Source: an uncultured Acidobacteriota bacterium (GTDB lineage Bacteria; Acidobacteriota; Vicinamibacteria; Vicinamibacterales; JAKQTR01). Taken from it: a DNA stretch of 64,000 nt. Positions 1-10,246 of the stretch are shown here, one piece after another. The stretch lies in NCBI GenBank assembly GCA_963843385.1, contig CAWJJY010000007.1, positions 858,224-922,223 of the forward strand, written 5' to 3'. Position numbers and translations under genes: made by a program. Below the pieces are notes generated by a model, which had not been told where the DNA came from, did no database searches, and saw only the letters and a program-made list of their open reading frames with translations. How positions within the stretch are numbered: the first letter of the stretch is position 1; the number at the start of each line of letters is the position of its first letter.

Positions 1-2
1 GG

Positions 3-272
3 CTCTTCGAGATGGCGAAGTACGAGCAGGAATCGCTGCAACTCGAGCCGGGCGACACGCTGGTCGTTTTCAGCGACGGTGTCTCGGAAGCCCAGAGCGC
101 CTCGGGCGAGGAGTTCGGCGAGGAACGGCTGCTGGCGAGCGTCGCCGCGAACACAGGCGCGACGCCGGCCGAGATGCGCGATCGCCTGGTCGCGGCGGTC
201 CGGGAATTCACGGCGGGAGCCAATCAGAGCGACGACATCACGGTCCTGGTCCTGCGCTATGGGCCAGCCTGA
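3..272 (+). CDS. SpoIIE/PP2C-type phosphatase, C-terminal part (5' truncated by window edge)
   Basis: LEPGDTLVVFSDGVSEA...FGEERL...QSDDITVLVL motifs of the SpoIIE/RsbU domain. Confidence 0.9.
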   Translation, partial: LFEMAKYEQESLQLEPGDTLVVFSDGVSEAQSASGEEFGEERLLASVAANTGATPAEMRDRLVAAVREFTAGANQSDDITVLVLRYGPA

Positions 273-630
273 TCACGACTCGCCCGGCCGCGCGCGAAGG
301 CGCCGGCGGCTCGCGGTGTTTCTGTGGCTCGGACTGGCATTCCTGGTCTGGAACGACGTCTTTGATTTGGTCATCATCAATGCCGGGAGGGACTACCTGC
401 GCCTTGAAGCTCTGGCCCGCCAGGGCAGGGGCAGCGGTGTGACCGTCTTCGGCACCATGCGCCCCGCGGTGTCGCGCGGAGTGATTGAGGCCACCGCCTG
501 GTCGGTCCCTCTGGCGCTTGCCGGAGTGGCGGCCGTCTGGCTTGCCGCCAGGAGAGCGGAACGGGCGGAACGTGCTCGAGAGTCGAGCCGCAAGGCGATC
601 GGGCCCGTCGGGCCGGGCCCGGGAGACTGA
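259..630 (+). CDS. small membrane protein, hypothetical
   Basis: ATG 259 overlaps the 3' end of the upstream gene; two hydrophobic segments (LAVFLWLGLAFLVW, WSVPLALAGVAAVWLAA). Confidence 0.6.
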   Translation: MGQPDHDSPGRARRRRRLAVFLWLGLAFLVWNDVFDLVIINAGRDYLRLEALARQGRGSGVTVFGTMRPAVSRGVIEATAWSVPLALAGVAAVWLAARRAERAERARESSRKAIGPVGPGPGD

Positions 631-641
631 ATCGTCCGCTC

Positions 642-1568
642 CTATTTTCCCCCGAGCCGTGCCTCGATTTTCGGCAACGCGTCGAGCAGCACCTTGCCGA
701 CCACTTCCAGGCTCCGCGCGCTGACCTTGTCGAGCGTGTCGCCGGCGGTGTGCCACGGCTCGTAGTCCAGGTCGATGATGTCCACCGCCTGAACGCCCGC
801 CTGCAGGAACGGCACGTGATCGTCCTCGACGGCCAGCACTTCCGGCACGAAGGCATCGTCCAGCCCAAGGCGCTGCGCCGTGGACCAGAGGATCTCGGTC
901 AGCCAGGGGGATGAGTAGGATTCGCGCCGGATGTTCAACTGGCGATCACCGATCATGTCCACCAGCACCAGTGCTTTGATCGAGGAGAGCGTGCCCGCGC
1001 GCCTGGCGGCGTCGACGTAGTAGCGGCTGCCGTAGGTGTGATCGGTTCCCGCCCACTCGCCGAACGCCTCTTCCCCGTCGAGGAACAGCAGCTCGATCGA
1101 AAATGCATTGGAGCGCGGCTTCAGGACGCGCGCGATTTCGAGCAGGAACGCGGTGCTGGATCCGCCGTCGTTCGCGCCGACGAATCGGAACTCGCGGAAC
1201 AGCTTCGTGTCGTAGTGGCCGGCAATGATGACGCGGCCCGGCCTGGCGCCCGGGATGGTCGCGACCAGGTTGATCATCTTCACCTTGCCGACCGGGGTGT
1301 CGGCGTCGAAGGCCTGATCGACGACCTTGATGCCGAGCGCGCCCAGCTGTTCGCGGATGTACTTCCGCGTCTCGCCGAGCGCGGCTGAGCCGGCGGGCCG
1401 TGGGCCGAAACCCACCAGCGCGCGCAGGTGATCCATCGCGCGTCCGCCATCGAAGGCCGCACGGCCCTGAGCCGATGACACGCGGGAGTTTCCAAGCAGG
1501 GCAGCCGCAGTCAGACAGAGCAGCGTCACTGCCGTGCGGGGCCAGGAAGGCGACACGATGATGGTCAT
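642..1568 (-). CDS. M28 family peptidase / glutaminyl-cyclase-like, secreted
   Basis: signal peptide; GHYDTK, GANDGGS, LDGEE, DMIG, EDDH and WHT metal-site motifs. Confidence 0.9.
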   Translation of the reverse strand: MTIIVSPSWPRTAVTLLCLTAAALLGNSRVSSAQGRAAFDGGRAMDHLRALVGFGPRPAGSAALGETRKYIREQLGALGIKVVDQAFDADTPVGKVKMINLVATIPGARPGRVIIAGHYDTKLFREFRFVGANDGGSSTAFLLEIARVLKPRSNAFSIELLFLDGEEAFGEWAGTDHTYGSRYYVDAARRAGTLSSIKALVLVDMIGDRQLNIRRESYSSPWLTEILWSTAQRLGLDDAFVPEVLAVEDDHVPFLQAGVQAVDIIDLDYEPWHTAGDTLDKVSARSLEVVGKVLLDALPKIEARLGGK

Positions 1569-1759
1569 GCGTCGGGGTCCTCGACTGGGGGATCGACCGG
1601 ATCGTCCGGCACCGGTTCACCAGGGATGCGATAGGCACCGTCGAGCCAGCGGGACAGGTCTACCATCTTGCAGCGCTGGCTGCAGAACGGCGTCCACGGC
1701 GGCGTGACCGCTCGCTGGCGGCACACCGCGCACAGCCAGCGTTCAGGCTCGGGGTGCAC
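1565..1759 (-). CDS. yacG: DNA gyrase inhibitor YacG
   Basis: CAVC...[24 protein letters not shown] signature. Confidence 0.9.
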   Translation of the reverse strand: MHPEPERWLCAVCRQRAVTPPWTPFCSQRCKMVDLSRWLDGAYRIPGEPVPDDPVDPPVEDPDA

Positions 1760-1798
1760 AAAGATATTCTAGCAGCCCGCGGTGCGGGACGCCCGGTG

Positions 1799-3436
1799 TC
1801 AGCGGACGCGGCGTCGCGCGGGCGGCCGCCCCGTGCCAGGCCGGCGCGCCGGGCCCGACCTCTTCGAACGGTTTGGCGCGGCGCGCGGGCGGGGCCCATG
1901 ATCGATCTCAATGCGCACCGGCCCCCCGAGCAGATCCTCCAGGGCCCCGATGTTTCGCTGAGCCGCCCAGGCCTCGAGCTCCGCGTCGCCGCGCGCCCAC
2001 AGGCGAAGCTGCCGTGCCGGGCCGCGCGGCTGCAGCACCACGGCGCCGACGACCTGGCAGTGCGTGCGGTCGAGACTCTCGGCCACCCTGAGCATGGCGG
2101 CGAGCCAGCGGACGACGCCGCGGTGACCCCGCGGGAGCGAGTCGATCTCGTGGTGCGTCTTCTTGGGCGTGCCCCGCCGGTGGTACCTCGCGATCGAGGC
2201 GATCACGTCGATCTCGTCGGGCTCGAAGCCGCGAAGACCGCCGTTCTTGATGAGGTAGTACGAATGCCGGTGGTGGTTCTCGTAGCTGATGTGTTCGCCG
2301 ACGTCGTGGAGCAGGGAGGCGAGCTCCAGCCACTCGCGGGCGCGCGCGTCGAGCAAGTGGACGGCTCGTGTCTGATCGAACAGCGAGAGGGCCAGTCCGG
2401 CGACGTGTTGCGCATGATCGGCGGTGTAGTGGCAGCGTTGCGCCAGCTCGATGACGCTGCGCCGCCGGATGTCCGGATACCGCTCGATCCGTTCGATATC
2501 CGGGCGGTGCCGGTCGATGTAGTCCAGCACGACGCCTTCTCGCAGCGAGACATCGCACAGGGTGATCTCGGTGGCCCGCAGCTGGCGCAGAACGGCGTCG
2601 AGCAGGATGGCGCCCGACACGACCAGGTCGGCCCGCCGGGAATCCAGGCCCGGCAGCCGAAGCCTGTCGGCCAGCGGCAGACCGACAATGTCCTGCCTCA
2701 GCTTGTGCAGCGCCCGGGCCGTCACGCGGGAATGATGGAGCTGCAGATCGGTCGGGACCGGTCCTCCGCCTCCTGCGAGCGCCAGGGCGCCGAGGCTCAG
2801 GATGGTACCCGAGGTCCCAATCACCCGATCGAAACCCTTCCGGGCGAGCTGCTCCAGCCCGTCGCCCAGTTCCCGGTTCACATGCCGCACCAGCCGCCGC
2901 TCATCCTGGTCGCTGAGCGGGTCGCTCTGGACGAACCGTTCGCTCAGCCGGATGACGCCGAGGTGGAAGCTGCGCGCGTCCTGCGCGCCCTCCGCGGTGC
3001 CGACGGCGGCCTCCGTGCTGCCGCCGCCGATGTCGATCACGACGGCTGTGCCCGTGCCGATGTCCACCGCGTGGACGGCGGCGCGATGGATCAGCCTGGC
3101 CTCCTCGAGGCCCGAGATGATGCGCGCGCGAATTCCGGTCTGACGCTCGACGGTCCTGAGGAAATCTCCGGCGTTGGGCGCCTCGCGAACGGCACTGGTC
3201 GCCACGGCGACCACCTCGTCGACCGCCCGCGAGTCGGCGAGCCGCTTGAACCGGGTCAGGGTCTGAAGGGCGGCCGTCATGGTCGGCTCGCCCAGCGGCC
3301 GGCCGTCGAGCCCGCCCGCGCCGAGGCGGACCATGTCCTTCTCGCGGCCCACGATCTCGAACGACCCGTCGGCGCCCGTGCGCGCGATGATCATGTGCAG
3401 CGAGTTTGTGCCGATGTCGATGGCCGCGATCTGCAT
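1799..3436 (-). CDS. ppx: Ppx/GppA exopolyphosphatase with C-terminal HD domain
   Basis: AAIDIGTNSLH, ATSAVREAPN, DIGGGSTE, LREG and LLHDVG motifs. Confidence 0.92.
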   Translation of the reverse strand: MQIAAIDIGTNSLHMIIARTGADGSFEIVGREKDMVRLGAGGLDGRPLGEPTMTAALQTLTRFKRLADSRAVDEVVAVATSAVREAPNAGDFLRTVERQTGIRARIISGLEEARLIHRAAVHAVDIGTGTAVVIDIGGGSTEAAVGTAEGAQDARSFHLGVIRLSERFVQSDPLSDQDERRLVRHVNRELGDGLEQLARKGFDRVIGTSGTILSLGALALAGGGGPVPTDLQLHHSRVTARALHKLRQDIVGLPLADRLRLPGLDSRRADLVVSGAILLDAVLRQLRATEITLCDVSLREGVVLDYIDRHRPDIERIERYPDIRRRSVIELAQRCHYTADHAQHVAGLALSLFDQTRAVHLLDARAREWLELASLLHDVGEHISYENHHRHSYYLIKNGGLRGFEPDEIDVIASIARYHRRGTPKKTHHEIDSLPRGHRGVVRWLAAMLRVAESLDRTHCQVVGAVVLQPRGPARQLRLWARGDAELEAWAAQRNIGALEDLLGGPVRIEIDHGPRPRAAPNRSKRSGPARRPGTGRPPARRRVR

Positions 3437-3572
3437 CAGGTCACGAACCTCGTCGGGGCCTCACGCCGGGCTGTCTCCTGTGCCAGGCTTGACTATAATG
3501 ATGCGAGTCCGGCCCCTTGCGCTACCTTGATTGTTCCCTCCGGCTGGCCCGGTTCGAATAGGCGATCCGTTC

Positions 3573-4499
3573 ATGCCCGTGCTGGCGCCGCGTGCCCTCG
3601 TCGAGAAGCGTCTCCAGGCGCTTCATCTGCACCTGCCGAATGCCCTCTCGGGGGCGGTCGAAGGCATCCATCAGGCCCGCGTGGCGTCGCGCCGGCTTCG
3701 CGAATTGCTCCCGATCCTTCCGCCGAGCGAAGGTCACGTGGTTGCGAGGATCCTCCGGCGTGACGTGCGGCTCATCACCCGGGCGCTCGGGCCGGTGCGA
3801 GAACTGGACGTCTCGTTGATCCTGCTCACCGACCTGGCGGAGGCCGACACCTCGCCCCGGGCGGCCGTCAACTCCGTCCGCCGCGTCCTGGAACGGCAGC
3901 GCGCGATCGCGTTCGACCAGATGATGGCCACCGTCGATGCCATCAGCCTCGACCGCCTGTCCGAGGCGTCGGTCGCGATGGCAGATGCGGCCGCCGGACG
4001 GGTTGCGCGGCGCCGCTGCCGGATGCTCCTGGCGAGACGGCTCTCGGCGCGCACGACGATGCTGGCCTCGGCCGTCGAGGCGGCGGGCCTGCTCTACGCC
4101 GCCGATCGGCTCCATGCCATCCGAATCGCGGTGAAGAAACTCCGATACGCGGTCGAGATCGCGCAGGAGCTTCGCGGGGCGCCCGCCGTCATAGCGCTCG
4201 CCCGCTTGAAGACCGCGCAGGACCTGCTCGGGAGCCTTCACGATCTCCAAGTGCTGGTGCGGCGGGTGCGCGATACGAAGCCCGGCACGCAGCGCCGCCA
4301 CGCGCAGTTCGAGGAACTGGCGGCCGGGCTCGATCACCGGGTGCGCTTGCTGCATGGCGAGTTCCTGCAGGTGCGCCCGTCGCTCGTCGTCGTGTACGAT
4401 CGCTGCCGGCGCATCAAGGCGTGCGTGGCCCCGGCTCCGCAGAAACCAGGCCGGGGTGGCGCCCCCGCCTTCGAGAGGCGGGTGGTCTCGGGCCGGTAG
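3573..4499 (+). CDS. CHAD domain (polyphosphate-binding) protein
   Basis: IHQARVASRRLR, LGPVRELDV, LHAIRIAVKKLRY, QDLLGSLHD. Confidence 0.9.
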   Translation: MPVLAPRALVEKRLQALHLHLPNALSGAVEGIHQARVASRRLRELLPILPPSEGHVVARILRRDVRLITRALGPVRELDVSLILLTDLAEADTSPRAAVNSVRRVLERQRAIAFDQMMATVDAISLDRLSEASVAMADAAAGRVARRRCRMLLARRLSARTTMLASAVEAAGLLYAADRLHAIRIAVKKLRYAVEIAQELRGAPAVIALARLKTAQDLLGSLHDLQVLVRRVRDTKPGTQRRHAQFEELAAGLDHRVRLLHGEFLQVRPSLVVVYDRCRRIKACVAPAPQKPGRGGAPAFERRVVSGR

Positions 4500-4524
4500 G
4501 CGGCGAGTTCACAGGAGGGAAGGA

Positions 4525-5031
4525 ATGTCGGAATCGGTAACGCTGTACCTGGTGCGGCATGCCGTGGCTGCCGAGGCGGGACGGGAGTACCCGGACGACT
4601 CATTGCGGCCGCTGACGCCCGACGGGATGGCCAAGTTCGGCAAGGAAGCCGGCGCGCTCGCCTCGATGGAGGTGACCATCGACCGCATCTACTCGAGCCC
4701 GCTCGTCCGGGCCAGGCAGACGGCGGAGATCCTCGCCGACAGCCTGTCGAATCATCCGCCGGTTCAGATCATTGACGCGCTCGCGCCGGATGGGACCGTC
4801 AACGAGGTGATGAATGCGATAGCCCGCGCCGGCCGCGACACCAGGATCGCGCTGGTCGGCCACGAACCGGGCATGGGTGCGATGGCCGCGCGGCTCATCG
4901 GCGGGTCGGCCGCGATCCCGTTCAAGAAGGGCGCGGTGTGCCGGATCGACGTCGACGGGCTGCCGCCGGGGTCTCCGGGTGAGTTGCGCTGGTTTCTCAC
5001 GCCGAAGCTCATGCGGCTCATAGTGGGCTGA
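4525..5031 (+). CDS. sixA: phosphohistidine phosphatase SixA
   Basis: LYLVRHA, RPLT, SSPLVRARQTA, LVGHEP; upstream AGGAGG RBS. Confidence 0.92.
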   Translation: MSESVTLYLVRHAVAAEAGREYPDDSLRPLTPDGMAKFGKEAGALASMEVTIDRIYSSPLVRARQTAEILADSLSNHPPVQIIDALAPDGTVNEVMNAIARAGRDTRIALVGHEPGMGAMAARLIGGSAAIPFKKGAVCRIDVDGLPPGSPGELRWFLTPKLMRLIVG

Positions 5032-5162
5032 TCGCTGGGCTGGCGGCGCATCCCGCCGTCCCGATGAGCGCCCGATCTCATCGGAACGGAGGATGCCTGG
5101 CGACCATCACTTTTTGCCGATACGCGTGGCTGGCCTCCAGTCGCCAGCCGCCTGCCCCCGGC

Positions 5163-6434
5163 CTACACTTCCGTCCCGTCCGGCACGATGGCGTCCTTGG
5201 GGACGACGATGATGCCGTTCCGGATGTAGTAGCTCCCGGCATCGGCGTGGTCGATGCCGCGCGCGTTGACCAACCGCACCCCGTTGCCGATCCTCGCGTT
5301 CTTGTCCACGATGACGCGGTCCAGCACGCACCCCCGCCCGATGCCGAGTGGAATCGATCGCTTCTCCGGCTCACGTTCGTCGTCGGCATCGTAGTAGTCC
5401 GCGCCGAGCAGTACCGACCGGCTGACCGTCGACCGCTCCTCGATCATCATCCTGATGCCGACGATGCTCGACTGGACGTTGCAGCGATTGAGATAGCTGC
5501 CTTCGGCGACCATCGCGTGATCGACCGTGCACTCGATCAATCGCGAGGCTGCCAGGAAACGGGGCCGGGTGAAGATGGGTTTCTTCGGGTCGTGGAACCG
5601 GAACCGCGGGTGGTCCCGGGTCAGCATGATGTTCGCCTCGTAGAACGATTCGATCGTGCCGACATCAGCCCAGTAGCCGTTGAAAAGGTACGCGCTGACG
5701 CGGTGCGTCTGCAGCGCCGCGGGGATGATCTCGCGGCCGAAGTCGATCCCGGGATGACGATCGAGGATGTCCAGCAGCACCTCGCGGGAGAAGACGTAGA
5801 TGCCCATCGAGGCGACAAACGGCTTGTCCGGGGTACAACCTCCGGACGGCGATCCGATCGGAACACTCTGGCCAATCTGCGAGAGGCGCTCGGGGCCGGG
5901 CTTCTCGTCGAATCCGACGATCTGCCCCTCGCGGTCGAACGTGAAGATTCCCATTTCCGACGCGTCGGCCGGGGAAACCGGCTGCGCCGCGATGGTGACG
6001 TCGGCGCGCCGATCGACGTGGACGTCGATCATTTCACCGAAGTCCATTCGATAGAGATGGTCCCCGGCGAGGATCAGGTAGTAGTCGGCGCCGTACCCGA
6101 CGAAGTGGCGCGCGGCCTGGCGGACCGCGTCGGCCGTGCCCTGGAACCAGTTCGGGTTGTCGGGCGTCTGTTCGGCCGCGAGGATATCGACGAATCCCCC
6201 CGAGAACACGTCCATCCGATAGGTCTGCGCCACGTGCCGGTTGAGCGAGGCCGAGTTGAACTGCGTCAGGATGAAAATGCGGCGCAAGTCGGCGTGCAGG
6301 CAGTTGCTGATGGGGATGTCAATCAGCCGGTACTTGCCGCCGATGGGCACCGCCGGCTTCGATCGCATCAGCGTCAGCGGGTGAAGGCGCTGTCCGCGAC
6401 CCCCACCGAGGATGATGGCGAGTACGTCCCTCAT
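5163..6434 (-). CDS. glgC: glucose-1-phosphate adenylyltransferase
   Basis: ILGGGRGQRLHPLT..RSKPAVPIGGKYRLID, WFQGTADAV, GDHLY, ASMGIY, YWADVGT. Confidence 0.95.
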   Translation of the reverse strand: MRDVLAIILGGGRGQRLHPLTLMRSKPAVPIGGKYRLIDIPISNCLHADLRRIFILTQFNSASLNRHVAQTYRMDVFSGGFVDILAAEQTPDNPNWFQGTADAVRQAARHFVGYGADYYLILAGDHLYRMDFGEMIDVHVDRRADVTIAAQPVSPADASEMGIFTFDREGQIVGFDEKPGPERLSQIGQSVPIGSPSGGCTPDKPFVASMGIYVFSREVLLDILDRHPGIDFGREIIPAALQTHRVSAYLFNGYWADVGTIESFYEANIMLTRDHPRFRFHDPKKPIFTRPRFLAASRLIECTVDHAMVAEGSYLNRCNVQSSIVGIRMMIEERSTVSRSVLLGADYYDADDEREPEKRSIPLGIGRGCVLDRVIVDKNARIGNGVRLVNARGIDHADAGSYYIRNGIIVVPKDAIVPDGTEV

Positions 6435-6543
6435 GAGCCCTAGCCTAGGCGAAGCGCGATCGCGCGGCAAGCGTAGAGGTTGCCTTTACCGTCGACTGCC
6501 GCATCCCGCATCGACTCACCGCACCGCAGATGCTGCCGGCATG

Positions 6544-7050
6544 TTACGTTGGTCGAGGATGGGAGAAACCTCCGTGGTCCAGGTCCGCGATGAAGCCGTT
6601 GCGCAGCGCCCCGAGCGCGTCGGTGTCTCGGGCGAGCGCGATGGCTACCATGTCCGCTACGGTCCGGGACGCGGATCCGCTCTGCCCGACCCGTTGCGAT
6701 AGATCCTCCGCCGAGCAGCGGTCGAGAATGGCAAGGTTGGCGCGTCGCAATAGGAAGAAGCGGCCAAGACGCATCTCCTCGCCCGCAAGGGGTGAATTCT
6801 GCGGCCTCGCGTGTGGGAAATCGCTTCCAGGCGCCAGCGCCGGGCCGCCGGGAAGTGCATCCTGGAGCTGGGCGGCCAGCTCCTCCTCAGCCGCGATCAA
6901 CCAAGCCGGGACACCCGACTCACCTTTGGCCGCGCCGATCGAGCATCCCGGCGTCGCATCGCTCGTCACTTCCGCCAGGCGGTTCGTCGTGTGGCGAAGC
7001 GCGCTGATTTGAAGAAGGCACTCGAGGAGATCCGCCACCCGTAGCTCCAT
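6544..7050 (-). CDS. hypothetical protein, DinB-like helical fold suspected
   Basis: helical ORF with F..LRRANLAIL...EDL.R.G....TVADMV pattern seen in DinB-like proteins; His metal ligands not evident. Confidence 0.45.
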   Translation of the reverse strand: MELRVADLLECLLQISALRHTTNRLAEVTSDATPGCSIGAAKGESGVPAWLIAAEEELAAQLQDALPGGPALAPGSDFPHARPQNSPLAGEEMRLGRFFLLRRANLAILDRCSAEDLSQRVGQSGSASRTVADMVAIALARDTDALGALRNGFIADLDHGGFSHPRPT

Positions 7051-7115
7051 CCAGTGGGCGAGTCGGCCCGCTGGCGTGAGTGTACTTCCGGTCCGAGGCG
7101 CTTGCGTCGCCGGAA

Positions 7116-7154
7116 CGTAACTCTCATGTTTCCGGACTGTTAAATTGATAGAAT
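7116..7154 (+). promoter_or_regulatory. putative Pho-box-like direct repeats plus extended -10 upstream of phoU-pst operon
   Basis: GTAAC/GTTTC/GTTAA at exactly 11-bp spacing (7117, 7128, 7139), followed by TGATAGAAT. Confidence 0.45.
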
Positions 7155-7241
7155 GGCTGGTCGCGCCGTGGGTAGCGGCCCCGGCGGGCGGGTTTGCGGT
7201 GCGGCGTCGGGTCGCGCCACCTTGCCTGAGGAACACTGGCT

Positions 7242-8387
7242 GTGACCAATCCCCCTTCGTCCCATTTCGAAGCCGCGCTGACGCGCGATATCGATCTCAT
7301 CCGCACGAAAGTGCTGGAAATGGCGGCTCTCGATGAGCAGGCGCTGACGAAGGCATTTCAAGCCTTCATGACTCGGGATCGACAGCTCGCGTACTCGGTG
7401 ATTCTGTGCGACCAGGACGTGGACGCACTTGAGACCGAGTTGGACCGGCTCTGTCTGGAGTTCATTCTCCGGCACCAGCCGGCCGCGAGTCACCTCCGCT
7501 TCGTCTATTCCGCCAGTAAGATCGTCAACGAACTGGAACGCTGCGGGGACTACGCGGAGAGCATCGCGCGGGGCGTGCTCACGCTCAGTTCCCTCACCTT
7601 CGAGGTGCCTCTCGACCAGTTCAGCGAGATGGCTAACCTGGCGATTCCCATGCTGCACAACGCAGTGCGGGCCTTCGTCGAACGGAACCCGGATCTTGCC
7701 CGCACGACGATGGAGACCGAACCACGCGTCAACCAGGTGCGCGACAGTCTGAGCACGGAACTGGTGGACTGGCGCGAGCAGGGCCTCTTGCCGCTCGAGG
7801 CACTGCCGTCTCTGATCAATGTCGCGCGCCGATTCGAACGGGTCTCCGACCAGGCCACCAACATCTGCGAGGAGGCGCTGTATTTCGCCACAGGCGAATA
7901 CCTGAAGCACCTGCCGCGTGAGGGCTTCCGTGTCCTCTTCGTCGATGAGACCAATGGCTGTCTGAGCCGTCTGGCGGAGGCCATCGGGAATGGGCTGGCA
8001 GCGAAGCGCTTTTCCTTCGGAAGTGCGGGCCTGATTGCGGGACCGGTGGATCCGCAGACGATTCGGTTCCTCGCCGACAAGGGTGTGGACATCTCGCATC
8101 AGCCGTCGAGGGGCATCGATGACGTGCCCCAGCTCGATCAGACGCAAGTCATCGTCAGCCTGTGCAAGGGAGGCGCGCGCGCCCTCCCGAAGCGGCCGGC
8201 AAAGAAGACGGTCGGCTTGGACTGGATTCTGCCCGATCCGTCGAAGGCCATAGGCACCGCGGCAGAGGTACAGGTTGCCTACGAACAGGCCTACGACACG
8301 CTGACCACGCATGTCCGGGACCTCGTGCAGGCCATTCTTGGAAAGGATGAACGTCAGAATCATGCAGAAATCTCTTCGTCGTACTAG
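7242..8387 (+). CDS. phoU: PhoU fused to C-terminal LMW-PTP/ArsC-like domain (catalytic motif degenerate)
   Basis: two PhoU repeats (ELERCGD, FERVSDQATNICE), then VLFVDETNGCLSRLAEA...SAG...GVDIS...W.LPDP. Confidence 0.88.
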   Translation: MTNPPSSHFEAALTRDIDLIRTKVLEMAALDEQALTKAFQAFMTRDRQLAYSVILCDQDVDALETELDRLCLEFILRHQPAASHLRFVYSASKIVNELERCGDYAESIARGVLTLSSLTFEVPLDQFSEMANLAIPMLHNAVRAFVERNPDLARTTMETEPRVNQVRDSLSTELVDWREQGLLPLEALPSLINVARRFERVSDQATNICEEALYFATGEYLKHLPREGFRVLFVDETNGCLSRLAEAIGNGLAAKRFSFGSAGLIAGPVDPQTIRFLADKGVDISHQPSRGIDDVPQLDQTQVIVSLCKGGARALPKRPAKKTVGLDWILPDPSKAIGTAAEVQVAYEQAYDTLTTHVRDLVQAILGKDERQNHAEISSSY

Positions 8388-9294
8388 CGGATCCGCCACC
8401 GGACCGACCATCAGCGTGACCCTGGTCGCCGTATTGCTGGCGTGCGGCACACTGGCGTGCTCCGGTCCATCGTCGAAACAGCCTGAGAAGACCGTGATTC
8501 AGAACACCGGGTCCGACACCATGGTCAATCTCGCGCAGGCGTGGGCGGAGGAGTATGCGAAGGTCGCGCCCAGCGTGTCCGTCGAGGTGTCCGGCGGCGG
8601 GTCGGGGACGGGAATCGCCGCTCTGGAGAACGGAACCGTGGACATCGCGAATGCCAGTCGTCAGGTAGAGCCGCAGGAGGCGGCGACCGCCAAGAAGAAC
8701 ACCGGCAAGGAGCCCCGCGAATTCATGGTCGGCTACGATGCGCTCGCGGTGTATGTCAACAAGAGCAATCCGATCGAGGAGATCACGTTCGAACAACTCG
8801 CCTCGATCTACGCCGAAGGCGGGACGGCGATGAAGTGGTCGGAGCTCGGAGTGAAGATGCCCGGTGGGGCTGATGAGATCATCCGCGTCAGCCGGCAGTC
8901 CAATTCAGGCACCTACGCCTATTTCCGGGAGGCCGTGCTCGGCAAAGGACGAGACTTCAAGCTTGGCTCGCGGGACATGCAGGGATCGAAGGACGTGGTG
9001 GAACTGGTGTCCAAGACCCCGGGTGCGATCGGCTACAGCGGCATGGGGTACGCCATTCCAGAGGTCAAGATGCTCCGCGTCACCCGACAGGCTGGCGAGC
9101 CCGCGTTCGCGCCGACGGTCGAGAACACCCTGAATCACACGTATCCAATTGCGCGCCCGCTGCTCATGTATACGCTGGGTGAACCGACGGGCGAGGTGAA
9201 GAAGTATCTGGACTGGGTGCACTCTGACGCCGGCCAGAACATCGTCCGGTCCACCGGCTACGTACCGCTCCCGAAGACTGGCGCCAAGAAGTAG
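8362..9294 (+). CDS. pstS: phosphate ABC transporter substrate-binding lipoprotein
   Basis: GSDTMVNL, GGGSGTGIAAL, DIANASR, SRQSNSGT, YPIARPL; lipobox-like LAC. Confidence 0.93.
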   Translation: MQKSLRRTSGSATGPTISVTLVAVLLACGTLACSGPSSKQPEKTVIQNTGSDTMVNLAQAWAEEYAKVAPSVSVEVSGGGSGTGIAALENGTVDIANASRQVEPQEAATAKKNTGKEPREFMVGYDALAVYVNKSNPIEEITFEQLASIYAEGGTAMKWSELGVKMPGGADEIIRVSRQSNSGTYAYFREAVLGKGRDFKLGSRDMQGSKDVVELVSKTPGAIGYSGMGYAIPEVKMLRVTRQAGEPAFAPTVENTLNHTYPIARPLLMYTLGEPTGEVKKYLDWVHSDAGQNIVRSTGYVPLPKTGAKK

Positions 9295-9322
9295 AACCCG
9301 AGAGACTCGACTTTCAACCTCC

Positions 9323-10219
9323 ATGCAGACGCGGCGCCGGTGGGAGATCCTTGTCGAAGCGGCGATTGAGGGGCTGATCCGCCTGTGCGGCGTCAGTGCC
9401 ATCTTGTTCGTCTTCGGGATCTTCTTCTTCGTGTTTCGCGAAGGAGCCGGGTTCCTGTTCTCAGGCTTCAATCCGCTCGAGTTCTTCACGAGTCCCGAGT
9501 GGTATCCAACCTCCCAGAGCCACGTGCGCTACGGGGTGCTCGCGCTGATCGCAGGGACGGCGAGCGTGACGGCTCTGGCGATGGCGATCGCCGTGCCGTT
9601 CGGTGTGGGTGCAGCGATCTTCGTCTCCGAGTTCTGCGGTCCAAAGTGGAAAGAAGCCCTCAAGATCACCATAGAGTTGCTGGCAGCCATTCCCTCGGTG
9701 GTGTGGGGATTCATCGGCCTCACCGTGATGAATCCGCTCATCATGACGGTCTTCAAGGTCCCGATCGGCCTGAACGTGTTGAACGGCGGCGTGGTGCTCG
9801 CCCTGATGAGCGTTCCCATCATCGTCTCGATCGGTGAGGACGCGCTCCGCGCCGTGCCGGACTCCTACCGTGAGGCGGGGCTCGCGCTCGGCGTGACGCG
9901 ATGGCAGCTCGTCTACCGCGTGCTGCTGCCGGCGGCGAAGAACGGCATGCTGGCGGCGGTGCTGCTCGGCGTAGGCCGGGCCGTGGGCGAGACGATGGCC
10001 GTGCTCATGGCGACCGGGCACGCCGTCACGATCCCGACCGGCGTGATGGACTCAGTGCGGACCTTGACCGCGACGATCGCCGCCGAGCTCGGGGAAGCGC
10101 CGGTGAAGTCCGAGCACTACCAGGTGCTGTTCATCATCGGCATTCTCCTGTTTTCAATCACGTTCATCGTCAACCTGACGGCTGACCTCGTCGTTCGCGG
10201 GATCCGGCGCCGGTCATGA
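9323..10219 (+). CDS. pstC: phosphate ABC transporter permease PstC
   Basis: ELLAAIPSVVWG, GRAVGETMAV, TLTATIA. Confidence 0.95.
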   Translation: MQTRRRWEILVEAAIEGLIRLCGVSAILFVFGIFFFVFREGAGFLFSGFNPLEFFTSPEWYPTSQSHVRYGVLALIAGTASVTALAMAIAVPFGVGAAIFVSEFCGPKWKEALKITIELLAAIPSVVWGFIGLTVMNPLIMTVFKVPIGLNVLNGGVVLALMSVPIIVSIGEDALRAVPDSYREAGLALGVTRWQLVYRVLLPAAKNGMLAAVLLGVGRAVGETMAVLMATGHAVTIPTGVMDSVRTLTATIAAELGEAPVKSEHYQVLFIIGILLFSITFIVNLTADLVVRGIRRRS

Positions 10220-10246
10220 TCATCCAGTCCCAGGGGTAGTCGCAGC

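Noticed and set aside
1754..3763. 669-aa plus-strand ORF and similar long antisense ORFs (5064-6443, 23191-26139, 37463-39196, 48297-49685)
   Set aside because: Shadow ORFs opposite well-supported genes in high-GC DNA; no recognisable motifs.
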